A program made the translations under genes and the position numbers. From contig CBDBCZ010000016.1 in assembly GCA_965203295.1 (NCBI GenBank), positions 736,001 through 800,000 on the forward strand: DNA of 64,000 nucleotides, in the 5' to 3' direction. This document shows, piece after piece, positions 1 to 13,012 of this stretch. Below the pieces are notes generated by a model. That model saw only the letters and a list, made by a program, of their open reading frames with translations, did not search any database and was not told the DNA's origin. Position 1 is the stretch's first letter. Each line of letters starts with the position of its first letter. The stretch is from Nitrospirales bacterium (GTDB lineage: Bacteria; Nitrospirota; Nitrospiria; Nitrospirales; UBA8639).

Positions 1-14
1 CCATCTCAATGTAG

Positions 15-3000
15 GTCCATACCATTGCACAAATCCGTCATTCAGTTGCAGCTGGTCATACCATTCTAATGTGTCAAACAGATGAAATACATGAGAGCTT
101 TTATGACCTCTTTAATCAGCATTTTCGCAGTATCAAAGACCCTCAAAGTGGAATCCGCCACTACACAAATATTGCTATTGGTGCTCATTCCAGGCCTTGT
201 CGAGTGGACCCTCATTTCCAATGTGTGGTTGTGATTAGTGAATCAGAATTGCAGGACACACCTGCTCCCTTTCTGAATCGGTTTGAAAAATACTACCTTA
301 CCCACAGAAGCCTGTTGGATAGTGTTTTTGAAAGCATGCCTCCTTGTCTCAGTATAATGCTTCGATCAGCATACAGCAAGGTTAGTCTGTTCTTGTCTAT
401 AAAAAGTATCTTATTTATATAAAAATAATTTATTGCTTCATGCTCAGGTTTCTAAATTCATTTCATGTGTAAAACCATCATCACTTTATGGTTTTTCGGA
501 AGGAAATAGCCTTGAGTCTTTAATGCTGAGAATTCTGCCACCCGTTGGTCAAAAGTATACATCGCTACTGAGCAGAAACAGTTTTTCTGTTTCAACTGAC
601 ACAGAAGATAAGCGTGTGTTCTTATTGGAAACTCTACTGAGCATGCTTCAAAAGAATGCTGGCTTTCGTATTCCTGAGGTTTGTATTCAGTGCAGATGTA
701 AGAATATTTAGTCATGTTGTAAATGAATATTCTCTCATTTTTACAGTATTCAGCGGAGGAGTTGAAGATTGATACTGATCATATCTTCAGTATGACTGAA
801 AAGGAGCCTGAGTTTGAGGAAATTATGTTGGAAGTAAATGAAGAGAATGTAGTAACACTGATTGATGAAGCGTTGCATGTACTTCACCATGGTCCAAATC
901 CAAAGAATATAGATAGGCCTTTTGAGGTCTACACAGACGCCCTGATGGTCATTGCAGTCCTAACACAGTGGATCGTAAACTATCTTTGCAAGCAGTTGCT
1001 GCAGTTGATGTCTCCTGAAGCATTGGCTGTTCACTGTGAGAAAATTCCTACTCTGTATCTTGAAAATTATCTGAAGTTCCAAGAACATTTTAGCCTAAAA
1101 GACTTAGTGGAGAGACAGATCGATCTGCTGGAGTTGAACAAATGGTTAGTTCCTAACTAAGTTGACTTGATTCTCAGCAGAAGGGTTTTGGAACCGTAAA
1201 TAATGTGAACGTGCAACCATATGGATAGCCTGTTTTAAAGCTAACTAGCATGTATAAAACATGCATAAATAATTTGGGACAAAGTATTGTGTTTCATAGC
1301 TGTACAAATACTTAGTAATTTTGGTTGGACAAAATATTATTGCATCACGAACACCTACTGCTTTATTTACTACCTACAGGGACAATTCTGTATGCCCAAC
1401 AAAGTTACTCTGCTTTACTCGTTCATCACCACTAATCCATCAACTTCCATCTGAATATCCTAGTACACTCACCACTGTATCTGATGATGCAATGAAGCAA
1501 TCTCTCAGGGAGCATATCTATAGCAATGTGAACCATTTAATGATATGCAAAATATCCCTAAGGCATTCACAAAGCAAAATTGAAGAACTACTAGCCAGGT
1601 ATGTTTTGTCGGAGTCACACTTGCTATTGTTGGTTGCAAATATGCAAGAAATCTCTAAAAAGATGATCAATCATCTCCGGATCATGATTGAAGAGGCAGA
1701 GAATAAGATCACAAATCAGAGCAAAGTTTTTGTACTTCTACTGCATTTTCCTCCGGTGATGTTCTTCAAACCATGCTACCCTTCATTATTTCTGATGGGA
1801 TGGGGCCACTATTATCTTGATACTATAGCACGGGGCACCCTAACAAGAGAAGGTGTGAAGTCTGTCGTTGATGTTAAGGAGTGGTTTTATCATTGCTGCT
1901 TTCCACAGTCACCTCGTAATGCACTTAACAGCCAGATGGTTATAGCACTTCAGCAATTGCTTCCAGAAGCAATTCCAATAATTGCCTCACGGGTAGCTTT
2001 CAGTTGCAACAATGAAAGGAAAGTAATGGATGCTTCTGAAAGAACTGCAATACTCCAAAGACTATTGATAGGCACTCTGCATGGTGATGCTGAAGTTGGA
2101 GTAGAACAACCTAATGAAATGAGCCTAGGCAGAGTGCTGTGTGTAAAGTATTGCAAGTATTGGACACCTCAACTAATGGAACAGCATATCAAACAAGTTT
2201 CCAGTTTCATGTATGAACGCGAATCAACTCTGAATATTACCGACACTATTCAAAGTGTAGTGAGATCTACATTCTTTGATTTCCTTGTCTACATGTTTTC
2301 TAGCCTAAATGAAAGAAACGATGTTCACATTCTTGTGGAAGAGCCTCAGTGTTGCCCACCAGTTCAGCGATTGTTTCTAGATCTACTTAGTGCACTTCCA
2401 GCTCCAGAACTAGCACAAATTAAAGTACTAATGGCTGCCAATCGGCAACGGCCTATTCAGCCATACTTTCCGAGGTTCCCATTCTTCAAGCAAGTGTGTG
2501 ATATGTTAGACAAGGCTGTAGATGAAAGTAGAGAGGAAGTGAACCAAAAATCAAATATTTTGGACACTGCTTTACCTCAAACAGAGACTTCTATTCATCT
2601 TCCTACCCAGAAGAGAACCAAACAGCAGATGGAGACTTTATTTAATGAGGTTGTAATGTCAAGAGTGAAGGTATGTACATATTCATTTTATGTATATTAT
2701 TATGTTAAATGATTTTTAAACTCTTACCTAGGAAATGAAGGGCTGCTTGGAGGTAACGGCTTCAGCTATGAATGAGTATGGTGGTGAAATTTGGAATCGA
2801 TATTTCATGGACTTTGCCCACAAAAAACTTCATCTTCAACCTGAAGTCACTCCCCTTACTAATGAGATCCTCAAAGCTTACATTGGACCTGTAACAGGCA
2901 GTAGTGCACTTGAACGACTGGTGTCTCTTCATGTTCGCCTTCATGTGTACCAGATGGATCTCACAAAAGTTACTGCAATTCTAAAGCCCATAACAAAGAT

Positions 3001-6000
3001 GCAGCAGTCATTGCACCCTGCAGCAACCGGTTCTTTAGCTTATTTATCTCTTGCATCAACTTTGCATGACCCCAAATCTATTGATAGAATACCACAAACT
3101 TTTGTGAGTCCTATCGTAAAGACACTGTACACATTTGCTCTCCATATGAGTACAGCTGAGACTGACCCAGAAAGTCTTAATTTCTGGTACCAGAGCTACA
3201 GCGAAATTGTAAGTTTGTCCATACAGCTATGAAAATGCATTTTTCCTCATTAAAGCACTCTGCTCCTTATTTGATTTATGTAGATGTCGATGCCAGCAAT
3301 GGAAGAGAATATCATTCTGGGCACAACATCACTACAGACACAGACCCAGCTTCGCATACTGCATGCTACCTATCTGGTCATGCAATGCTGCTATACCTCA
3401 AAGTCGTGCAGAGGCCAACAAGTATTCATGACCTTGCATAAAAGATACGGCAAAAAGGTACACTCTGTTCCTACACAGCCAATGCTTATGCTATAGCTCT
3501 CAGTGCTCCAGCTGTTGACCACGCACCTACATATACAAGTGTAGCATGTAAGATCTCCTGTCGGAGCTATTTCCCAAGAATCACAGTGATATTATGTTTT
3601 TGCCTTCTGTGGTTCATCCTTCTACTGCTTCATATATATATCCCCCCCTTAGATCTATCACCTGACAATATTATTATTTTGAGATAACGTGTTGTGCTCA
3701 TACTGTACCCTTTTTGTTTTGAGCTCATGTTGCTGCCATAGTACTGCACTACTGATTGTGCAATACTGAGGAGTCCCCAATCAGATTACAAGAGCAGAGA
3801 TTTTAGCATCATCACATAGTCTATTCTTCTTGTACCCGAATCTGTAGCAAAATCATATTGTTCTAAATAAAGAATGTCAGTGTACTTGTGTGCATTCAAT
3901 TATTATTATCTTCTTACACAACAGATGGGTGGACCATTTCTGTATTTACAACAAGTGGTGGATGCTGGCTTGCAAGTATTTGCAGCAACTCCACCCTCCC
4001 CAACTATCCAGGGAAGGGAGAGCTATTGTGTGGAGTCATTTATTGAAGGACTATTTGCATTCACGTTTTCAAAACACTGTGCTTCATTTCCTGAAGAAGA
4101 TTGTCGATACTTCCTGGAAGTTGCAAACCAGCAAAATTCGTACTGTACTCAGGGAAAAGCTACAGCACAAGCAGAAGATCCTCACCATTGCAGTTTCACA
4201 GCTATAAATGTGTTCAAGTTGTACCTTTCTAGGATTCTTGGTGAAGCTATTGCGGAACGTCAGGTACAATGCTGTACTCTAAAACTGTTGTATTTATACT
4301 TGTGTGGTCTTTACTTACTGTTATGATGCACAGAAGGAAGAAGCTGCAGACAAAGGCCAAGCTGCAAATGAGTTAATGCTTCACAATGCTAAGGTTACTC
4401 AAAGCTTTCTGCTGTTCAGCTTTACATAGAGAATTATTTGTTTATGATGTTCTGTCAGGGTCGTGGAATGGTGGGCGAAGTGCTTACAGCCAAAATTGAA
4501 GGCTCACCTGGCCCCTACATTCCCTTGTGTTATCAGCAGAAAGGCTTCCAGTGCAGCGAGTTTTCATGCAAGGGATGCCAGGTTATGTTCATTCACCTTA
4601 TAACACTGCCATTGTGAAGTATGTATTTTTCCCCTCATTTTTAGAATACACTAATGCAGCAACCTTTAGCCCACTTATATTTCTTGACTGTGATGGAGCA
4701 TCTGCAAAGCCGAGGAAATCTTCCTAACCATCTTGTCAGACTCACAGGAAGGATTACAAAGGTAAGGTGCATGCCATCAAGTTTAGCTTTTATGAGTGCC
4801 TCAGTGAAGTGTAGTATCATGACCAGCTGTAATACACAATCATAGCACTAGTCAAACTTCTAGCACCATACTGTCTGGCATTACAAGTAATAAAGATTAG
4901 CTCTCACTTCAGCGCTTGGAGAAGCAGTCGACTCCCAAATCTGAGAAAGTGTTGCTTTTCATTGAGAAGCAAGCTGTTGTTCAAGTCCTCATTCAGCGGG
5001 TGACTGAATATTTTGACCCCAGAGAACCTCAAAAGGTTCAAGATGTAAGTTGAACTTTTCCTGAACAGTTATATAGAACCTACATGTTTTGTCTAATGAA
5101 GTAAGGATACAGTGGGCATTGTGGTCATGAGTACGCAAGCATGCCGGATACTTCGTGCCATAATTATGTAACATCTGCATGCAAATGCACTAATGGTGGC
5201 ACAACAGATTAAACAATTATGCAGCTAAAGGAGGGTATGCTCGAATGGGACAACATCAGCGAGAGATGAAAAGAAAAGGCAGACTGTTAAAAGGGGATAA
5301 GGATTGACAAAAGGCATTAACCTCAAAGCAGTGTCAGGGAGCTAGAGCCTGTACACTACTGCATACTGTTTATTAAGCCTGTATTGTACATGTATAATTG
5401 AGTGTAATGTTACAAATATTATTTTCCCCCTGTACAGCTGTTCAATGCTCGACTAATTAATGGTTTGAACCCCCTGCTAAGTGACAATTCGATGGGAGGG
5501 AGTGACACTTGCGTTGGTTATCATGGGCTTGTGTTTACTATGCAATTACAAAAGCAATTGAATAGTCACCAAAAGTTGATTGATGTGCTAACTGATGACC
5601 ATAGTACTCTTGTGCGGACTATCAGTGGTATAAAGCCACTTCAAACACTCGTCAAGGTTGGTCGGAGCACATTACACACCATTGGGTACTATTGCTCTTT
5701 AACTACTGTATTGTAATACTATCTAGAGCCAACCAAAGAGTGAGGCTCACCTCTTTCCATTCATTGGGCATCAAGAGTCCAGTGCACTCAGCCACTTCTA
5801 CCAACAAATTTGGGAAACCTTGGATAATGTGCGCAGCAAGAGAGCAAGCCAGGAATCTATTTCTGTGTTGGTAAAACTTGCACATAAAAGGTTTGAGGAC
5901 ATGTATAGCTGGTCGTGTTTACTGAGCGATATACTAATGTCATTAATGTAATGCCTCTGTAGCTGCAACAGTGACGAGAAAATGAGGTTTAATGCTCTTC

Positions 6001-9000
6001 TCATCGACAAGAAGAGTGCCTTCCGGATGCTGCTGTGGTTATGTGTTTATTATAAATTCTTTGTCACAAAGGTACTCTATCATCTAGTATCTCATTACTC
6101 AATGCCGTAAGTATACCTTCCTTCATTTTCAGATCCATTCCCGAGTATTGGCAGATGCAATCAATGAACATCTAAGGGGTATTCTTGAGCCCGAGTTTAT
6201 CAGCTTCATACAGAGTTTTCTGTTCCCTGCTGAGTACATGATACGAAGCACTGAACAGCCACCACCAATGAATGAAAATGCTCCCAGGCTACGACCCACA
6301 GAAGATTATCAATTTGTGCCTGTGAAAAGTAATGGTAAAATGACAGATCCTATATATGACCTGTTTAACTCAATTTATCAACCAAAGCCAGGTAATCTAG
6401 CAAAGCTAATTTTATTCTGTAGTTTTCAGTGCAATGACAAAATAGTGATTTGTCATTTAGATCCATCAGATGTGGAACTATGCCATGCAATGGCCAATAT
6501 GGTGGCTGTTGTACTGGCCTGCCCGCCTCGTTCCAATCATCTGTGGTACCACATGTTTGCAGCAGATGGTCTCCTTGGATCCCATATGACTGGATTTATG
6601 GTTTGTTGGCAATTGTATAGCTCAAAATTTGTATAAATAACTCCTGTCAGATTATTAGTGAAATAGTGGAAATTGCCTAACACTACAGCTCTTAATTTGT
6701 TGATTGTAGCATATTTAGAAAGAGCCCAAGTCATTTACATTTTACAACTGATTTATAGCTCACCTAGCACTGATTGACTGGTGTTTTGTGGAGCCATGCA
6801 GTTACCTTGCAAGCTATTTTAGAGAGGGTGTAGCTTCTTTCAGTGGGTTAGTACTGTATAGCCGGAAATTTTTGCCAGGGAAAATTTTCAATAAACCCAG
6901 ATGCATAGTATTGTGGAAAACTTCGGTAGTAATGACAAAATAAAGATATGGGGTGATACTGTTGCCCAATGCCTACTTAATTCTCTGCCTAATTTCTTGC
7001 TGTAGGAATTAATATGTTGCTAACCCAATATTTTATTTATGTGCAGTATAAGGAAAAAACTACCGAGGGACGCCTGTATGACTGTGGGGTGGAGCTAGCA
7101 AGTGATGGCACATATGGCAGGCCAGACTATCTTCAGCATGCTACTCGAGGAACGTTGAGCCTGCACTCACTCTACCTCATCCTGTGGGCCAACTTTGGTG
7201 CATTCTGCATGGCCCTGGTCACTCAGGCTGATGCTCAAGAGAAAATTTGTGGGCCCGTTATATCAACTTGGCAGTCTGTTCGCCACTACTGTGTCATGCA
7301 GCTTCGTAGTGTGTGGCTGCACATAGGCAATAACCTGCAGCTCTCACTTGATGAGCGATCCTTTTTTATAATGCAGTGTATGCAGAACCTATTGGAGGTA
7401 ATGTTTTAGTAGTAGTGTAATTGATATTTCAGTAGAGTGAACCTTGTTCTTGTTCTATAGGTAAGTATCAGGCAACCACATCTCTTAAAAAGTGGGAAGT
7501 TTGACAAGCTTGCAGATTTGGATGACTATGAAAAGATGTGGCATCAGTTGATTTATACACCTTCCTTTGATAATGTTCATGAGAAGGTAATGGCTGTTTA
7601 TTATCACTAACCCCCTCTAGCTCATTGTGAACCAATTTTTCAATTTTAGTTTGCAGAACACTGTAAGCTCACAAAGAATGCTTTGTTCAAAGACCTGAGG
7701 TATGATTTAGTGCATTCTGTGTGTCCTAAGCCAGGTTTCATGCCATTCACTTTGTACCTGTACAGCTGTCTAGAGGTCCACTATCCCCACTTTCCTACAA
7801 TGGATGAGTTTTCCCAGACCATGCTATCATCAGTAGACATTGGTGATGCCTCAAAGAATGAATTCTATGTATTGTCAAAGTTTGTTTTGGAGTATCCTCG
7901 CCTAAAAGCTGCTGGAGCACTGCTTCCTGATTTGCTGGAATTTTACCAGTGGATACACAGTGAATTGGCTTACTTGGTCACCCGTAAGTATGCAGAAAAA
8001 GAAAGTATTGGGACTGTAATCACCACAGCACAAGAGAAGTATACAGGAATCGACCTTAATAAGCTGTACGAAAGAGTGAAAGGTACCATAACGTTTTAAT
8101 AACTGGTATTAAAGACAGCCGCTATATAATTATGTTATCTTTATCTAGCTGGCTACAACAAGTATGCAGAAGTAACTGGATACTCTATTGGTGCTGGTGC
8201 CTGTGCTACTAATAAGAGGGAAGGAACTGTTCTTCAGATTCATGATGATACCAAGCTCATGCACTTCCTCTCTGTGGATACTGAAGACCAGTGGGAAGGC
8301 AGTGATCTGTTACGTATTGTAATACATGATATTGTAAGGGCCTACAGTGAATGGTAGCTGTAGTGATTGTGAGAATGTCTCTTAATTTTCTTTTCACCAG
8401 ATTACCTTCCACAACAGTTTTCTTAGTCAGACTGTTTTTGATGTGAGTAATGCTTCAGAGCATTCTGAGGAGTCATCTCAGCATGAAATGGATCCTATCC
8501 ATCCCAATGAAGTGAATGAAGACGTCATGTTAATTGGAAAAACTGTCAAGTGAGTTGAGCAAACTGACAGATTTGATCTTCATATAGCTATCACTTATTT
8601 TATTTCAATTTCTAGGAGTCATGGAATTGATGAACATCTGCAGTTAGTGCGCAGTCGTTATTTGCACCCTATTCAAGATGAAGCGTGTCCTTTTGATCTC
8701 AAACGACTGCAGAGTGATGTGATGAAAACCTACTTATCAGGAAAACCCTCAATTTGCCACCTGCCAGACTGTGGTCACGACCGGATTCTTTTTAAGTTCA
8801 AAAAGGAACTCACCGACAAGCTAGTCTTGGAAGGTGCCGACCTTGACCTATCAGTTATTTCAGAGTACATTACAGATGAATTCAAGGTATTTCTATCTAC
8901 TGTTTTAGCTCCCCTGCTCATTACTCATCATTATTATGGTATTGGTAATGCAGCTCCCACTGGATGGATTAGCAAAGGCCCTTGAATATGAGTTCTACAC

Positions 9001-10693
9001 AGCTGATTACCACACACTAGTGAAAGTCATCACTGGGCTAAAAGTTGCCACTGAATATCTTATCAAGGTACGCATGAAATATGAAGTGAAAAGCTAATGT
9101 GTGGATCCAGATGCATTATTCCTTGCAGAGTATTCAACTGCCAGATGAAATTGAAGTCAAAGGTACTGATGAACTGACATTACCTCAGTTTTTACTTCTA
9201 GTTTTCAAAGTACCTGAAGAAACGGAAGAAAATATAATGGAAAACATTGGAATAAAAGGGTCAGTGATGTTTATTTATCTTTGTCATAATTCTATCTATT
9301 CATTCTTGATATGTCTGTAGTCTCTCTCAGTCTCAGCTGGAATACTTACTCTCTCTGAAGCTCCCTTTCTTATACTCCACACTGGAGCAGTTTGTACAAT
9401 GGGTGAAGGATGGAATGTATGATTTCCATCAGCTTCCATTGGTGATGAGGAAGCACCTGGAACCACAAGATGAAGCAGCATTGAATAGTATTCAAAGTAG
9501 CCACATGTATCCAGGTATTGTGTACAATAGTGCACCCGTATCATAATTACCCTGTGGTTTAACTCAGGTGGGGGTTCTCTTACCTTAGGCGGTCCCAATG
9601 CACTGCTTCATGAGATGCAGGCTCTCACTGACGTTCTCGTGCACTCAGAGTCAGACATAAGAAAGACTATCTCTAAGCATATGGAGGTGAGTGATACACT
9701 TCACATGTATGATCAGATCAAACTTGTGTGAAAATACATAATATATTATCATTTGCAGAAACCCATTATGGAATATCTGGGAGAATATGGACTTTGTGAT
9801 GATTGTGAACAGCTGACAAAGTTGATCCCCAATTCAGTCCTTTGCCAGCACTACGTGGCACTTCGTATCTTCCTTCGACGGTAAGCACTATGTATAGTGC
9901 ACTGATTTTTACTTCTGCACTCAAAGTCCTTACTAGTTTACTAACTTTTCATGTTCATTGTATATTTGACAGAAAAATAGCCGAGGTACAGAGTAGGAGT
10001 CGTGAGCAAGTGGAGAGCCAGGGAGACCGCTGGGTAGAGTTTGTACAGGACCTCTGGGATGAAGATGGACTCAAACACCTTTGGGATGTTGCTATGCCAT
10101 ATGTCAATGATCACCAGTTTGTGTTTGACCCAGCTACTCAAATGTATGGGTTCCAGAGCTTCCAAATGGAAGATGGCATAGAAGCAGAAAAACCCCTTTC
10201 GTTCGTTCTTACTGAAGAGGAGGAGGAAGACACAGAGCGGCCGGCATCACCTGAGCAACCTGCAGTAACAGAACCACAAGAAACTCCTCAGCCACCGTCA
10301 GTAACTCCTAAGAGTAAGTACCGCTCTTGCTACTATAAGCTCAAGCCAGCATTGCTGCTAACTATTGATTAACGTGCACTTCTTTGCAAGACTAAACTAT
10401 GCATTGCTGGCAAGATACCTCTAACTTGTGTTTCCTGTCCCCTAGTCACTGGAAACGTCACAGACCTCAAAGACGTTGCTGAGAATATCACGGTTGAAAT
10501 GGTGTCAGAGCTTTTGCACAAGTGGAAGTTAGACAAATACATAGACCTCTTCTCTTCTAATGATCTTGATGGCTACCTCCTGTTCACATGTTCTGAAAAG
10601 GACTTGGAGGATCTTGGAGTTGCCAGTGGCATTGATCGACGCAGAATTCTACGAAACATCACAAAGTATGTAAACGAATTGGCTGAGAATTGA
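15..10693 (+). CDS. 3' part of a multi-exon RNF213/mysterin-like giant AAA+ protein gene (5' part upstream of the window) with a C-terminal SAM domain
   Basis: First exon (15-380) reads ESFYDLFNQHF...IAIGAHSRPCRVDPHFQCVVV...PAPFLNRFEKYYL, matching the RNF213 AAA segment LYDALNQ...LGTHRVKCRVHPNFRLIV...PLINRLEKHYL as I recall it. Phase-consistent GT-AG exons at 15-380, 448-678, 747-1144, 1380-2670, 2732-3208, 3284-3457, 3925-4263, 4334-4393 and onward to the last exon 10446-10693 (TGA). Later internal exon boundaries were not all resolved. Confidence 0.85.
10446..10693 (+). CDS. Terminal exon encoding a SAM (sterile alpha motif) domain
   Basis: VEMVSELLHKWKLDKYIDLFSSNDLDGYLLFTCSEKDLEDLGVASGIDRRRILRNI fits the SAM pattern L..Y...F....IDG..LL.L...DL..LG.....R.RI. 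AG acceptor at 10444-10445. Confidence 0.85.
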
Positions 10694-11669
10694 CATGAAA
10701 GTAAACATTTTTTTTGAATTACAGTTAGTTTGATTATGCTTTGCTGCTTTACATATACTGCATGGTTGCTGGTTTTGACAAATGTGTTGATAGGTTTAGT
10801 AGACTTTCTAGTAACAATAAATTGCTGCTTGTGTGTACTGGTTGCTGCTATATATTGACATATATTGTGTCACAATAATGGTGCTTTGGAACAGATTTGC
10901 AGAGCTATACGTATAGTACCGACCATTTCCCTATCTTAGCCAGATTCTTAGTGCCTGCCTGTTCAGAATAAGTGTATGTATCTTATTGTTATAAATTGAA
11001 CACGTGTCAGCACAATGATATGCTTGTAAATGGCATGCATGCATCAGCCAGAGTATAGTTAGGTGTGATCCATTTATCTTAAAAGGTAAAAGGCTATATA
11101 TAGCTTGCATGCAGGAGCATGGCAAACGATGGTAATGGTCCCTCTAATTATTCACTCACCCCTTCTGTAACTCTCTGTGTAAATACATCATTCTGTGAGA
11201 TTTGTCTCTTCAAACTCTTGGTGAATGACTCCGCTAATGGAGGAAGTACGAAGCAAAACTTATCACCAGCATCATCACTCAGAGTGCTGGTCTGCATGAC
11301 ATTGACTGTTGTATCTTTCAAGAACCTCACCACACATCATCACGGGAATAGCGGTGCAGTTACGTACTAACCTTTCTGCTTGGCGTCCCTGATGGAGTCA
11401 GGCAGTCCCTTGAGGGCACCTGTTCAGCCAGGAGCTCAACATGGAGGAGAACTTTTTCACCTCCTGAGCAAGCTTTGTTCCCATGCAGTCTCCACTCATA
11501 TTGCCAACTTTTATTGCATGGGGAAAAAAGAATTGGCCAGTGTTGCATATTGGAGACTGGGAATGAGGCTACATTGTATCCGGAACTAGGCTGGAAGAGA
11601 GGAGGGGAGCATCGTTACCTAGCTCACATCTCAACCAGATGGTAATTGCCAGACAACATGGACAGATAA

Positions 11670-11870
11670 TTGTGAAGACACACAGCTCCAGACACTCATA
11701 CAGACAGACCTCTCCAGATACTCATACAGACAGACTCTCCAGATAATCATACAGACTCTCCAGATAATCATGTACACATGCAGGTATACACACCTCCAGA
11801 TCAGACAGGTAAGCACACCTCTCCAGACACTCATACTGACAGGCAAACACACCTCTCCAACCACTCTTAC
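11670..11870. repeat. Degenerate short tandem repeat (CTCTCCAGA(T/C)ACTCATACAGAC-like)
   Basis: CTCCAGA followed by CATACAGAC-like words recurs about 7 times. Confidence 0.6.
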
Positions 11871-12661
11871 AGACGGTAGCATACTGATGCGGCCACTTTG
11901 GCATGGATGTACTGACAGTTGCCTTGTGTGAAGGCAGTGAAACGGGTGAAAATGTAGGCAGCGGACAATTCTCTGTGAGAAAGGGGAGGAGGATGATGAA
12001 ATTCAAACCCGGGTGCTGCGTGAGAAAATTTACGACTGGACACACGAGAAGGGCGAGCAATATGCATACGTATGTCATGCGCATACGTATGTCATGCATA
12101 TACGTATGTCATAAAAGATGACTTCATCCGTCATAATTGAAGGCTGAGAACCAGAGTGATCTAACCCACAAAATTTGAACTTACCCCTCTCATACTCTCA
12201 AAATGTGCTTCAGAAGCTGCTGAAAATTTAAGATTTTCAAACATATGTTCACAGGGTACACACGTTTTTTACTTCATTATTGTGCGTTTCATGCAATTTC
12301 CAGTACTTGATTATGGGTTAGGCCACTATGGTTCTCAAACCTTCAATTGTAATTCCGTGCTTGCAGTGTTTTGGCTGTACTTACAAAAACAAGCTGTATT
12401 ATTAAAGGTGTTCTCTATGCGTGTTGTGACTCCGTTGAGAGCATTCTTCAAATCGATGATCCCACTACTTTTATCTTTACAGCAACACGCCCTGCCAGAT
12501 TAGCTACGTCAACGACAGAACTCGTGCTTGCTAGACTCGTTCCCATGCCCTATATATAGGCCTTGGGTCCAGGACTAGGTGGCGGACGCCAGTCCGGTAG
12601 AAGAGCCGTGAACGGCCAACGCGTAATAATGGGGTGGTCACTTCCTGGTGCATGGTTGCAG

Positions 12662-12696
12662 CATAGAATCTGATAATATAGGCTATATTATCTATG
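12662..12696. mobile_element. 35-bp CATAG...CTATG palindromic insertion with 7-bp TSD (P-element-like footprint or micro-element)
   Basis: GTTGCAG|CATAGAATCTGATAATATAGGCTATATTATCTATG|GTTGCAG. Confidence 0.65.
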
Positions 12697-13012
12697 GTTG
12701 CAGTTGCACCGTCGCGACTTTTGATAATTAACGTCTTCTAGACTGTTGATGATGATAGCAACTGCCAAGTGTGTGAAAATTGCGGTGAAAGGACTGCCTT
12801 GCCTTCTAAAAATCACGGTGAAAGAACCGGTCTTGCTTTCTATCCATGATTAGTCTCGCGGGCCAGACTAACTTTTCGCCGCCTCCGTGGGAAAAGTAAG
12901 TCTGGCCATCCGCTTATTCCATCTTGGTGCAAGTGCGCCGGTAGCCTCGAACCCAGGCCTTACACGCCCAGATTTTATCTCGCAGCCTTGGAGAAAAATC
13001 GGGAGGTAAGGC

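Noticed and set aside
4459..4581. Cys-rich exon (LCYQQKGFQCSEFSCKGCQ) as a RING finger
   Set aside because: Too few ligands and wrong spacing for C3HC4/C3H2C3, and the frame assignment rests only on splice phase.
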